A stretch of DNA of 64,000 bases from Sedimentisphaerales bacterium (GTDB lineage Bacteria > Planctomycetota > Phycisphaerae > Sedimentisphaerales > SM23-30). The notes under the pieces were generated by a model. The model was given only the letters and a program-made list of their open reading frames with translations. It had not been told where the DNA came from and did no database searches. The stretch covers positions 1 to 64,000 of the forward strand of contig CAXXFK010000036.1 in assembly GCA_963663965.2 (NCBI GenBank), written 5' to 3'. How positions within the stretch are numbered: the stretch's first letter is position 1; the number at the start of each line of letters is the position of its first letter. Position numbers and translations under genes: made by a program. Shown here one piece after another: positions 7,630-16,960 of this stretch.

Positions 7630-9711
7630 TAGATTGTCTGGGCTATTTTATGCCGGCCCGTTGGGCCGCTTTGGGTATCCGCCATTTGGCGGATGAAATT
7701 ATTATTTTCGTTAAGCTCATTTCGTTGGTAAGGTTAGGGTCATTATTTTCATCATTGGGTTTCCCGATAGATCGGGATTTTGCTGTGCTCAACGTTTTGT
7801 ATTGGTATTCGCTGCGCTCATGGTTGGTTTTATCTATCTCTTTTGCGAGATATCCTGTCGGTACGCCTCTGCGAGGCGTGGGTTAAAAGTTTCAAACTCG
7901 GGTTCGGGTATTCCCGCCAATGAATTGGCGGGCTATACGCTTTTGATCTCTTCGAGATATTATTTGTATTCGTCCTCCTGAGGCGGACCTGCGGCCTTGA
8001 GGCGGATGAGTTTTTATTTTTTGTTAAGCTCATTTCGTTGGTGAGGTTAGGGTTATTATTTTCATCATTGGGTTTCCCGATAGATCGGGATTTCGCTGTG
8101 CTCAACGTTTTGTGTTGGTATTCGCTGCGCTCATGTTAGTTTTATCTATCTCTTTTGCGAGATAACCTGGCGGTACGCCTCTGCGAGGCGTGGGTTAAAA
8201 TTTTAATTTCGTGTTTGTTACCCAGGGTGGCGCTCGTCCCGAAGGATCGGGACTCGCTCTGCCTGGGCTATTTTATGCCGGCCCGTTGGGCCGCTTTGGG
8301 TATCCGCCATTTGGCGGCTGTTCGTTTTATTTTTAGTTAAGCTCATTTTAACGCTGAGGTTAGAGTGACATTTTTTCATCATTGGGTTTCCCGATAGCTC
8401 GGGATTTTGCTGTGCTCAACGTTTTGTGTTGGTATTCGCTGCGCTCATGTTAGTTTTATCTATCTCTTTTGCGAGATATCCTGTCGGTACGCCTCTGCGA
8501 GGCGTGGGTTAAAAGTTTCAAACTCGGGTTCGGGTATTCCCGCCAATGAATTGGCGGGCTATGCGCTTTTGATCTCTTCGAGATATTATTTGTATCCGCC
8601 TTGAGGCGGATGAGTTTTTATTTTTTGTTAAGCTCGATATATTGTTAGGGTTATTATTTTCATCATTGGGTTTCCCGATAGCTCGGGATTTCGCTGTGCT
8701 CAACGTTTTGTGTTGGTATTCGCTGCGCTCATGTTAGTTTTATCTATCTCTTTTGCGAGATAACCTGGCGGTACGCCTCTGCGAGGCGGGGGTTTAAAAT
8801 TTTCTAACTCTGGTTCGGGTATTCCCGCCAATGAATTGGCGGGCTATGCGCTTTTGATCTCTCCGAGATATTATTTGTATCCGCCTTGAGGCGGATGAGT
8901 TTTTATTTTTAGTTAAGCTCGATATATTGTTAGGGTTATTATTTTCATCATTGGGTTTCCCGATAGCTCGGGATTTCGCTGCGCTCAACGTTTTGTATTG
9001 GTATTCGCTGCGCTCATGTTTGGTTTTATCTATCTCTTTTGCGAGATATCCTGTCGGTACGCCTCTGCGAGGCGTGGGTTAAAAGTTTCAAACTCGGGTT
9101 CGGGTATTCCCGCCAATGAATTGGCGGGCTATGCGCTTTTGATCTCTTCGAGATATCATTTGTATCCGCCTTGAGGCGGATGAGTTTTTATTTTTTGTTA
9201 AGCTCGATTCAAATTGGAACACACAGGGCGACGCATGCACCCACAAGCTGCGCTTGAAGGGCGCCACCCAGGGGATAAACAATAATTCGCTAAGCTCATT
9301 TCGTTGTTGAGGTTAGGGTGATAATTTTTTATATTGGCTTTCCCGATAGATAGGGATTTCGCTGCGCTCATGGTTGTTTTATTTTTCGCCTTCGGTGCGA
9401 AATCATGCAGGTACGCCTCTGCGAGGCGTGGAAAAAATTAAAAAAACGTTGACCGGCGGTCTCACGATTCCGGCCAGGAACGGTCGGCTCCTCCTGAGGC
9501 GGATCTTCGATCTTCGGGCCTCTCTTATGCCAATGATACTCTTGTGGTTACGGGCAGTCGGGCAGCCTCATATGATCCATCCATAAACAAAATCAACAGC
9601 ATGTGCCAATCACAGATTTGCCGCATCCTCTATGATAATGGTTTGAGTGATTTTTTGGTTTTACGAATAAAATCCGGGGGTTATTATAAAAAGTGGAATC
9701 CGGCTGGAATG

Positions 9712-9784
9712 TTCTTAATGATTTAATATTAAAGAGTTATGTTGTTTTAAGGATTTGTCAACACGATAAATTACACTGTGCTTT
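9712..9784. repeat. ~72-bp AT-rich dispersed element, divergent copy
   Basis: TCTTAATG...AAAGAGTTATGTTG...CAAC...CACTGTG aligns with the copies at 13589 and 14508. Confidence 0.6.
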
Positions 9785-9810
9785 GTAAAGACAAGTTTCA
9801 ATGAAGCGGA

Positions 9811-11118
9811 TCAGTCTTCGCCCAGCGATTCATAGACGAGATCAAGTGCCCGTCTCAGGATCCAGGCTTTTTGACTGGGAGTCTGTTGTTCGTCGTTGCG
9901 TATTTGACTCAAAGCGTCCTGCAGAACCGAGTAGTCCTGCTGCCTGATGGCTTTGTTTTGCGATTTCAGTAAAGATTCAATGGCGACCTCATAGATGGCC
10001 GCACAGGCGGCGGGTTGCCCTTCATTGAACAAGGGGACGCCCCGTTCGATCGCCAGTTCGATCACTTGCCGGGCCCCTTGACGAGGCGTCAACTGCGTGG
10101 GGGTTGGGATCAGGACACTATCGATAATATGTATTACACCATTAGAGGCCATGATGTCAGTAGCAAGGATTTTTACCCCGTTGATCTTAACAGGCATGGC
10201 CGGTTCAATTGATATGGATTGGCCCTGCAGTGTTTTGAACGACTGGGAACCCAGCAGAATCTTTCCCGGCACCACATGATAGGTCAGAATTGCGCGGAGT
10301 TTGTCGCGGTTTTCGGGCTGAAGCAGTTCTTCTAAAGTGGTGTTGGGCAATTTGGCAAAGGCCTGATCATTGGGAGCGAAGACGGTGAGCGGCCCTTCGC
10401 TTTTCAGCGATTCGACGAGACCGGCCGCTTCGACTGCGGCAACCAGGGTCTTGAACTGGCCGGCAGCCACGGCGGTATCCACGATGTCGCCTGGTGGGTC
10501 AGACGGATCATCGGTATTGGTGGTCGGACCTTTTTCGGCCTTTATCCATTGGACTTCCAATCGAAACTTGCCGGCCTGTTTGTCCGCCAGCGTAAAGCCC
10601 ACACTCTGGACATTGGCTGCCACGAGGGGGCCGGCAAACGGAATGAGTTTGCCGAAGGCTGCGTATTGGAAACCATTGAGAGGGATGCGAACTTCCTGCC
10701 AGGTATCCTTTATCGTCTTGACCGGCGCACGATAGGAACCTGCGGAAATGCCCGAAGGGGTTCTCAGATCGAAGTAGTAGCTCCTGCCATCCCCTTTGAC
10801 CCGCAGGGCGATGGTGTCATAACCGGCCAGATCGAGTTTTGCCGGGCGGGTTCGAATAGAAGCGAATCCGCCGTTGTTTTGCAAAGAGATCTCGCCAGAA
10901 AATTCCAGTGTTTTGTTTTCGGTAACACGGAACCTGCCTTTGGAGACGCCGCCCATGACATTGTCATTGACGGAAAGCCATTGCTTGTCAGCCGCGGCGT
11001 CGGAGAAATCTATCAACACTTTTGCATTTATCTCGGAGGCGAACCCAGGGGATATCGCACCGAATAAAATAACCGGAATTAACATCAGACAGGATGGGTA
11101 TAACATTCTATTTTTCAT
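9811..11118 (-). CDS. Secreted CIA30 (NDUFAF1-like) plus fasciclin (FAS1) domain protein
   Basis: CIA30 motifs '[10 protein letters not shown]', 'NNGGFASIR', 'RVKGDGRSY'; FAS1 motifs 'FKTLVAAV', '[10 protein letters not shown]', '[11 protein letters not shown]'. Confidence 0.88.
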   Translation of the reverse strand: MKNRMLYPSCLMLIPVILFGAISPGFASEINAKVLIDFSDAAADKQWLSVNDNVMGGVSKGRFRVTENKTLEFSGEISLQNNGGFASIRTRPAKLDLAGYDTIALRVKGDGRSYYFDLRTPSGISAGSYRAPVKTIKDTWQEVRIPLNGFQYAAFGKLIPFAGPLVAANVQSVGFTLADKQAGKFRLEVQWIKAEKGPTTNTDDPSDPPGDIVDTAVAAGQFKTLVAAVEAAGLVESLKSEGPLTVFAPNDQAFAKLPNTTLEELLQPENRDKLRAILTYHVVPGKILLGSQSFKTLQGQSISIEPAMPVKINGVKILATDIMASNGVIHIIDSVLIPTPTQLTPRQGARQVIELAIERGVPLFNEGQPAACAAIYEVAIESLLKSQNKAIRQQDYSVLQDALSQIRNDEQQTPSQKAWILRRALDLVYESLGED

Positions 11119-11250
11119 GGTAAACAGCCTTTTTTCTGGAATTAAAGAATGGAATTTTTTGTTTGCATCTATCGTAAGTCACCAGGATTGTGCATAATTC
11201 TTTCAATCTCAAGAGCCTTTAAAACGATTGATCGTGGCACACTTTATTAA

Positions 11251-12684
11251 TTACTGATTTTTTGGCATCGGTAAGGTCTCGGCAGGTTCCTGCCAGTGAT
11301 AAACGGAAATGGCCCGCAGTTCCCGGACGAATATCTGTCGGCCAGCCACAGCGAGGTGGCCCCAGGTCTCCTGCGAGGCGATCTTTCGGCGATCGAGTAA
11401 ATTGAAACGATCGGGGCCGGCCTCGATCAGCAGGAGTTCGCCCCGCTGGTCAAGCGCCAGGATCCTGTTACCGTTGGCAACGAGGGAGCAGTACTGACCA
11501 TATTCAGGCGAGGTCCACAGGATTTTTTTCGCCGCTGGATCCAGACAGCTAAAACGCCGGTCCCGACGATGGAAATAGAGTCGGCCGTCGATTACCACCG
11601 GGGTGGACATATAGGCCTGGGATTTTTCATCACTCCAGATCTCGGATACCGTAAAACCCTGGTCGTTTCTGGTTAATTCATGCAGTATGGAAGCGCCGCG
11701 ATAGCAACTGGTAAACAGGGTATTGCCCAAGGCGACAGGGGTTTGAATGTTCATGCCGCGGTAGGCTTTAATCGGTTGGCTCCACAGCACCGTCCCGGTG
11801 GTGGGGTCGACGCCGGCCAAAACCGTACGGGTTTGTACCAGCAGCTGCTCTATTCCACAAAGCGACTGCAAAACCGGAGAGGAAAAAGCGCTGCCGAACA
11901 TGCCGCCGCCATCCTCGAGAGTCCGCCAGAGGGTGTCGCCGCTGGTTTTGTCGAGTTTGACGAATCCGGCGCCGGCCTGGACATAGACAGCACCGTCAAC
12001 CACTAAAGGCGAGGAGACAAATCCAAAATCGGGCAGCGGGGCGCCAAACCGTTCAACAAAATCGACCTCCCATTTGACGGCGCCATCGCGCACATCCAAA
12101 CAGACCAGAACATCGCGCATCCCACCGACATAGAGATATTCTCCATCCAAAGCGGGTGTGGACCGGACCCAACTGCCATTGCGGGCGGCAAAAAAGGCCA
12201 CTTTCATGGAACCCTCCCAGGCGGTCTCCCACTTCTGTTCGCCGGTGACGCGATCGAAGGCGCGGACGATCTCGAATTTTTTATCGCGGGTTTCGACTGT
12301 AAATACCCGATCGGTACTGACAATGGGGCCGGGATAGCCTTCGGCGAGTTTCTGAGACCACATTTTTTCTAATCGGGCGCTGTCGAGTTTGTCGGGCCAG
12401 GCAGGTCCTTCGATAGTGCCATCCCTCTGCGGGCCGCGCCACTGGGGCCAGGTACCGGGGGAGACTTGAGATAAGGGTTGGCCAAACAGCCAGTCCGCCG
12501 GCCCGTAACTCAGGATGATCAGGAACAGGCATAACTGGATTAAAAACTTCTTTCGTTCCAATTTTACATCGCGTTCACGCCCACGAGGAACGGCGGCTCT
12601 GTTTGTTATGTTCATGGCATTGATTCCATTTAAATAGTCAAGCTCAGGATACAATAGAAACGGCGGAAAGTTCGAACCACACAT
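11251..12684 (-). CDS. PQQ-binding-like beta-propeller protein (planctomycete BamB-like family)
   Basis: 'WPQWRGPQRDG', 'RSTPALDG', repeated 'G...W' propeller motifs, 'TWGHLAVAG'. The true start is probably downstream of 12684. Confidence 0.85.
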   Translation of the reverse strand: MCGSNFPPFLLYPELDYLNGINAMNITNRAAVPRGRERDVKLERKKFLIQLCLFLIILSYGPADWLFGQPLSQVSPGTWPQWRGPQRDGTIEGPAWPDKLDSARLEKMWSQKLAEGYPGPIVSTDRVFTVETRDKKFEIVRAFDRVTGEQKWETAWEGSMKVAFFAARNGSWVRSTPALDGEYLYVGGMRDVLVCLDVRDGAVKWEVDFVERFGAPLPDFGFVSSPLVVDGAVYVQAGAGFVKLDKTSGDTLWRTLEDGGGMFGSAFSSPVLQSLCGIEQLLVQTRTVLAGVDPTTGTVLWSQPIKAYRGMNIQTPVALGNTLFTSCYRGASILHELTRNDQGFTVSEIWSDEKSQAYMSTPVVIDGRLYFHRRDRRFSCLDPAAKKILWTSPEYGQYCSLVANGNRILALDQRGELLLIEAGPDRFNLLDRRKIASQETWGHLAVAGRQIFVRELRAISVYHWQEPAETLPMPKNQ

Positions 12685-12718
12685 TCAGATAAAAGGTTAA
12701 TAATATTCGGTGACCGGG

Positions 12719-13345
12719 TTATTCTACGGGGAACAGGACTTCATTGCGGCGAAGGAACCATAACTGGAAGGGAGGGTCGTAGCGGGCAAAGATATCTTCT
12801 CCAGAGATGGTTAAACCCTGTCGGCGGATAAAGTCTTCGAGAAGGGTTCGTTTCTGCTGATATTTTTTCTGACTCCAGGTTCCGGAGTAGCGAACGGCGG
12901 CCATTTGGCGGGTTGGGATTTCTTTAATGACCACCATGGGGTCCAGCGGTTCGGGTATGGTACTCGTGGAATACCGGGCCGGCATAAGAAAACTGACGGC
13001 GTATTTATCCTGTACTTTGCGCTGATTGACGGGCGAGGTCATGGCGATTTTTTCGGCAGTGGGTTGCTGGTTGACCGGAGCGGTCATGGCGATGGATTCT
13101 TTGGTGCGATTGTTGCCTGAGATATATTGGAAAAGTCGCCGGAAGGCGATATTGCCGGATTGGTCAAAATCGGCATCGACGATGGTCTCGGCCACGAGCT
13201 GGCCTGGATAGCGCCGGATCTCGAACTTGCCTTCTTTGTGGAGGACGGTATATTGAGCTTTTTCGATTCCCACGGTTGCACAGGAACATAAAGATATCGG
13301 GATAATTAAGCTGGTCAGGATAACAATTTTCAAGGTTCTGTTCAT
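12719..13345 (-). CDS. SOUL heme-binding family lipoprotein
   Basis: 'FEIRRY', 'AFRRLFQYISGNN', 'IAMTAPV', 'ARYDPP...RRNEV'. Confidence 0.9.
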   Translation of the reverse strand: MNRTLKIVILTSLIIPISLCSCATVGIEKAQYTVLHKEGKFEIRRYPGQLVAETIVDADFDQSGNIAFRRLFQYISGNNRTKESIAMTAPVNQQPTAEKIAMTSPVNQRKVQDKYAVSFLMPARYSTSTIPEPLDPMVVIKEIPTRQMAAVRYSGTWSQKKYQQKRTLLEDFIRRQGLTISGEDIFARYDPPFQLWFLRRNEVLFPVE

Positions 13346-13588
13346 AGTCGTTGGCCTGTCTGATATCTATATTCTATGGCGCTTTCCCATAGAATTCAAA
13401 TACAGTGCCATTAAGTTGTAATGACTTTTCAATTCGCCACCGATGAACATCACGCGGGATCTGAGCTATAACATGTTTCATTATATGGAATTATAAACTG
13501 ATTCCGGTTGAAGCTATTGTTTGGATCGGTTGCCGGGCTCAGGTGCGGTCGATCAATTTTAGAAGAAAATTTCGGATGGTTAGTTCTT

Positions 13589-13660
13589 ATCTTAATGGTT
13601 TGTTATTAAAGATTTATGTTGATTTCGGGAGTTTTCAACAAAATAATATGCACTGTGTTT
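13589..13660. repeat. ~72-bp direct repeat, left of the GxxExxY gene
   Basis: Near-identical to 14508-14579 (ATCTTAATGGTTTG...AACAAAATAATATGCACTGTGTTT). Confidence 0.85.
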
Positions 13661-13682
13661 ATATATAAGTGACGATCATAGC

Positions 13683-13761
13683 GGAACAGCCGGAGAAGGC
13701 AAAAAACCAAAAGGCATTATTTACCGTGAAGATAGTGAAGTCAGTGAAGGAACAGCCGGAA
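13683..13761 (+). repeat. GTGAAG-NNN periodic repeat unit, upstream of GxxExxY
   Basis: TTTACCGTGAAG-ata-GTGAAG-tca-GTGAAG-GAACAGCCGG; repeated downstream of the gene. Confidence 0.85.
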
Positions 13762-13834
13762 AGGCAAGATATTTAAAAATCTTTTTTTCTCCACAAGTTT
13801 CATTCCACGGTGAAAAGGTTTTAAGGATTTCAAT

Positions 13835-14233
13835 ATGAAGCCAGAACCTGAAATAACCGAATTGGCCAGAAACGTCATTGGTTGTGCGATCGAGGTCCAT
13901 AAGGTGTTGGGGCCGGGGTTGCTGGAATCAGCCTATCAATGCTGTTTATGCCATGAGTTAACATTACAGGGTATTCCGTTTGAAAAGGAAAAACCGTTGC
14001 CGGTGGTGTATAAAGGGTGCGAACTGGATTGCGGGTATCGCATGGATATCCTGGTGGCGAACGAGATTATTCTTGAGCTGAAAAGCGTAGATAAACTGTT
14101 GCCTATTCATGATGCCCAGCTTCTGTCTTACTTGAAGCTGGCCGGGTTGAGGCAGGGGTTGCTGATTAATTTTAATGTGATGTTACTTAAGGATGGGCTG
14201 AAGAGTCTGGTGAATCCATTGGATCGAGTGTGA
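13835..14233 (+). CDS. GxxExxY protein (PD-(D/E)XK nuclease-like)
   Basis: 'LGPGLLESAY', 'YRMDILV', 'ILELKSV', 'AQLLSYLK', 'GLLINF'. Confidence 0.93.
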   Translation: MKPEPEITELARNVIGCAIEVHKVLGPGLLESAYQCCLCHELTLQGIPFEKEKPLPVVYKGCELDCGYRMDILVANEIILELKSVDKLLPIHDAQLLSYLKLAGLRQGLLINFNVMLLKDGLKSLVNPLDRV

Positions 14234-14252
14234 TTGCTTACAGTCATAAATA

Positions 14253-14353
14253 TTTTTACCGTGGAGGAAGTGGAGGAGCCGCCGGGGAAGTCAAAAAACC
14301 AAAATACATTATTTACCGTGAAGGTAGTGAAGCAAGTGAAGGAACAGCCGGAA
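14253..14353 (+). repeat. Two GTGAAG/GTGGAG periodic repeat units, downstream of GxxExxY
   Basis: TTTACCGTGGAG-gaa-GTGGAG and TTTACCGTGAAG-gta-GTGAAG-caa-GTGAAG-GAACAGCCGGAA. Confidence 0.85.
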
Positions 14354-14507
14354 GAAGTTAAAGACCTGGTGTTAATGGCAAATAACTGGTTGAAGGAAGA
14401 AAAATGTCTCCAGTCTCAGGCAAGCTTACTGGGAAGTTATTAACTTAATATTAGCGATTTTTGTTTTTATGGCGGTTCCATGTTAGAGGGAAAATTCGGT
14501 GGACTTG

Positions 14508-14579
14508 ATCTTAATGGTTTGTTTTTAGAGATTTATGTTGATTTTTGGAGTTGTTAACAAAATAATATGCACTGTGTTT
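14508..14579. repeat. ~72-bp direct repeat, right of the GxxExxY gene
   Basis: Near-identical to 13589-13660. Confidence 0.85.
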
Positions 14580-14668
14580 TTAAAAGCTGCTTACAAAGGA
14601 AGTACTTCTAACAAAATGAATCGGGCTGATGACGCAAATGGGCCAAAGCCTGATTCTCGACATTATAT

Positions 14669-15502
14669 TTGAATGATCCAATGCTGGTAAAATACATCGG
14701 TAACAACAATGAAATTTATGTGAAAGGTCGTGAGCTTTTTGAGAGTAGTGATGACGGTTGTTTTACCGCCAGAGAAATAGCGAACCTATTAGAATTGGAT
14801 GTGGACCATGTTCTTGCTGAAATTGAGAAACTGCAGGAAACCGATTGGGTTGTTAGAGATGATGAGGATTGGACCTCTCCGGCAACTCCCGATACTCGCT
14901 GGATAGCAAGAAACCATTCCTCTTTAACTTCAGGGCGAACATATGAGGTTCTTGGCATTGAGTATGGCGACTACATGATCGTAGATGACTATTGTGATCT
15001 TACCCTTTTTAATACATCCGGTTTCGAAATCGTGGATGGCACACAACCTGAGTTTTGGGAATGTAAAGAATATCGGGATGGTGATCGCTATTACGGTCCT
15101 CCGCGGTGGAATAAACCAGGCTTTATGGAAGATTATAACGACCGTGTTAAAGAAGCCCGTAGGCAATTTCGTCAGGATCTCAAGGAACTTTATCCCTATA
15201 CCTGGCGTCAGGCGGAAACTCAAAAAAGAAGCAATGTCAAAAAGCTAATTCAACTTCTTGAAGAGATCAGAAAAGGATTTCTGTTGCCCTATGATAACAA
15301 TGGTGTGTTTGCCGGTATTGGCCAGGCTATTGATAACTTATTTGACCAACAGATCATGCTGCTCAAAAAAGGAGACTTCTCCCAGATCAGGAACCTGCGA
15401 GTTCTAACAACTCAGAGCGTTCTACTTCGTAAAATGCAATTGAGTGAAGAAGGCTGGGATAAGATATTCAGGTTGATTAGTAGTGTTTATTGGGATAAGT
15501 GA
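14669..15502 (+). CDS. Hypothetical acidic protein
   Basis: 277-aa ORF in a lower-GC segment; no family recognised with confidence. Confidence 0.6.
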   Translation: MNDPMLVKYIGNNNEIYVKGRELFESSDDGCFTAREIANLLELDVDHVLAEIEKLQETDWVVRDDEDWTSPATPDTRWIARNHSSLTSGRTYEVLGIEYGDYMIVDDYCDLTLFNTSGFEIVDGTQPEFWECKEYRDGDRYYGPPRWNKPGFMEDYNDRVKEARRQFRQDLKELYPYTWRQAETQKRSNVKKLIQLLEEIRKGFLLPYDNNGVFAGIGQAIDNLFDQQIMLLKKGDFSQIRNLRVLTTQSVLLRKMQLSEEGWDKIFRLISSVYWDK

Positions 15503-15604
15503 AGATATATAACAGAATAGCGATACTGACAGTTATATAAGTTGCGAGTGGGTTAACGCCTGACAGCGCAATTCCCTTCCGATATTAAGCAGGCTTGCGT
15601 TATT

Positions 15605-16045
15605 ATGACAATAAAAATAATTTTTCTAGGCATTCAGTTTCTATTTTACTTATTTGTTGGATTTCTTTGCCTTTATGTAGGCATACAATCAATACCTGAG
15701 TGTCAAAAATCATACGGGGCAAATGGTTATTCCCTTAAAAAAGGGATAATTGTAAAAAAAGAAATTAAGGAGGCATTCTTGTCTGTTAAAAGACATCTTT
15801 TATCTATTCAGGAAATTGAAACCGGGATTATTCTAAAAGCCTCTCTTTTATTGGATACAGATATTGAATCTTCAAATGTAACTTTTTACTACTCAGGAAA
15901 TCCTGATGAGGAAATATTCCTGCAGGAAGAATCAAGCCCATTGATTTTTGGATTATTGTTCTTAATAATTGGAAGTATCGGTATAGTTTTAAATTCAAGG
16001 TGCTTAATGAATATTAGAAGAATAATACAATCAGAGAGCACTTAA
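15605..16045 (+). CDS. Hypothetical membrane protein (two TM helices)
   Basis: Very AT-rich ORF with N- and C-terminal hydrophobic segments. Confidence 0.6.
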   Translation: MTIKIIFLGIQFLFYLFVGFLCLYVGIQSIPECQKSYGANGYSLKKGIIVKKEIKEAFLSVKRHLLSIQEIETGIILKASLLLDTDIESSNVTFYYSGNPDEEIFLQEESSPLIFGLLFLIIGSIGIVLNSRCLMNIRRIIQSEST

Positions 16046-16084
16046 TATTGGGATACGCTACTGTGTGATTTGGGCATGTGATCT

Positions 16085-16432
16085 TTGCGTTTGGCCTTGA
16101 AAGATCGAAGTTTTATGGGAAAGATTGTACGAACTGTCATAAAGCCACAGCCATCGGGGACGCTGGAAGCGTTGGGGGTTATTTTTGTTCCTTTTGTTGC
16201 CGCTATTGTGCTGAGTCTGGTATTTGCCGAATTGGGTATCGTTATCGGGGTGGGTGTGGCGCTTGCTATGGCGGCCGGGGTTTGTGTCGCGTACCGGCGG
16301 CAATTAAAAGTGAAATGGACTTGTTCTCTGTGCGGACATACCCTGGCGGGGCCGGTACGTCTTAGAGACAGGGCAGAACTACCCGGGGAGTGTCCCAATT
16401 GCAAAGAGACGTTTGAACGTGAAGATGAATGA
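16085..16432 (+). CDS. Small membrane protein with C-terminal zinc ribbon
   Basis: Hydrophobic core followed by CSLC...CPNC. Start uncertain. Confidence 0.55.
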   Translation: MRLALKDRSFMGKIVRTVIKPQPSGTLEALGVIFVPFVAAIVLSLVFAELGIVIGVGVALAMAAGVCVAYRRQLKVKWTCSLCGHTLAGPVRLRDRAELPGECPNCKETFEREDE

Positions 16433-16560
16433 TGGCCCAGTCAATCATAGTATACCCAATGGATATGAAAATTCCCGATCGCTCGCAAACTAAGTATTTA
16501 CTTGCAGGAGACTTGTCTTACGGCCAAGCGGGTATTATCAATTGTTAATGGTATAAAATG

Positions 16561-16960
16561 GGGTATTCGCTGCGCTCATGGTTGGTTTTATCTATCTCTT
16601 TTGCGAGATATCCTGGCGGTAGCGCCTCTGCGAGGCGTGGGTTAAAATTTTACATTCTGGTTTGGCTTACTCCCCCCAATGAATTGGGGGGCTATGCGCT
16701 TTTGATCTCGCCGAGATATTATTTGTATCCGTCCTCCTGAGGCGGACCTGCGGCCTTGGGGCGGATGGTTTGTTTTATCTATCGCTTTAAAGCGATATTC
16801 TGGTGGTAGCGCCTCTTGCTAGGCGTGGGTTTAAAAATTTTACATTCTGGTTCGTTACCCAGGGTGGCGATCGGCTAGATGGATCGGGACTCGCTCTGCC
16901 TGGGCTATTGTATACCAACCCGTTGGGCTGCTTTGGGTATCCGCCGGGTGGCGGATGGAT
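16561..16960. repeat. Second, two-unit copy of the modular hairpin repeat
   Basis: Contains GGTATTCGCTGCGCTCA, GCCTCTGCGAGGCG, CCCCCCAATGAATTGGGGGG, TCCTCCTGAGGCGGAC and CCCAGGGTGGCG...GCCTGGGCTA, as in 5527-9520. Confidence 0.9.

Larger units (their letters stand above)
6071..7639 (+). mobile_element. IS110-family insertion sequence (1569 bp including one CT core)
   Basis: The flanks GCTCTGCC-CT (6061-6070) and CT-GGGCTATTTTATGCCGG (7638 onward) rejoin into the uninterrupted repeat seen at 8251-8281. No terminal inverted repeats. Confidence 0.93.
5527..9520. repeat. Tandem array of ~8 modular REP/BIME-like units (~285-316 bp), interrupted by IS110
   Basis: Marker GGTATTCGCTGCGCTCA at 5631, 5919, 7804, 8117, 8431, 8715, 9000 (variant ~9355). 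Each is followed by the hairpin GGTACGCCTCTGCGAGGCG and further palindromes. Confidence 0.92.

Noticed and set aside
5527..9520. CRISPR array interpretation
   Set aside because: Units are ~300 bp and similar along their whole length; there are no unique spacers and no cas genes.
5496..9726. Short ORFs in the repeat array (e.g. MSAANTNIKRNKPN..., MSTAKSR...)
   Set aside because: They are translations of palindromic repeats with inconsistent frames and stops between units and no clear RBS.
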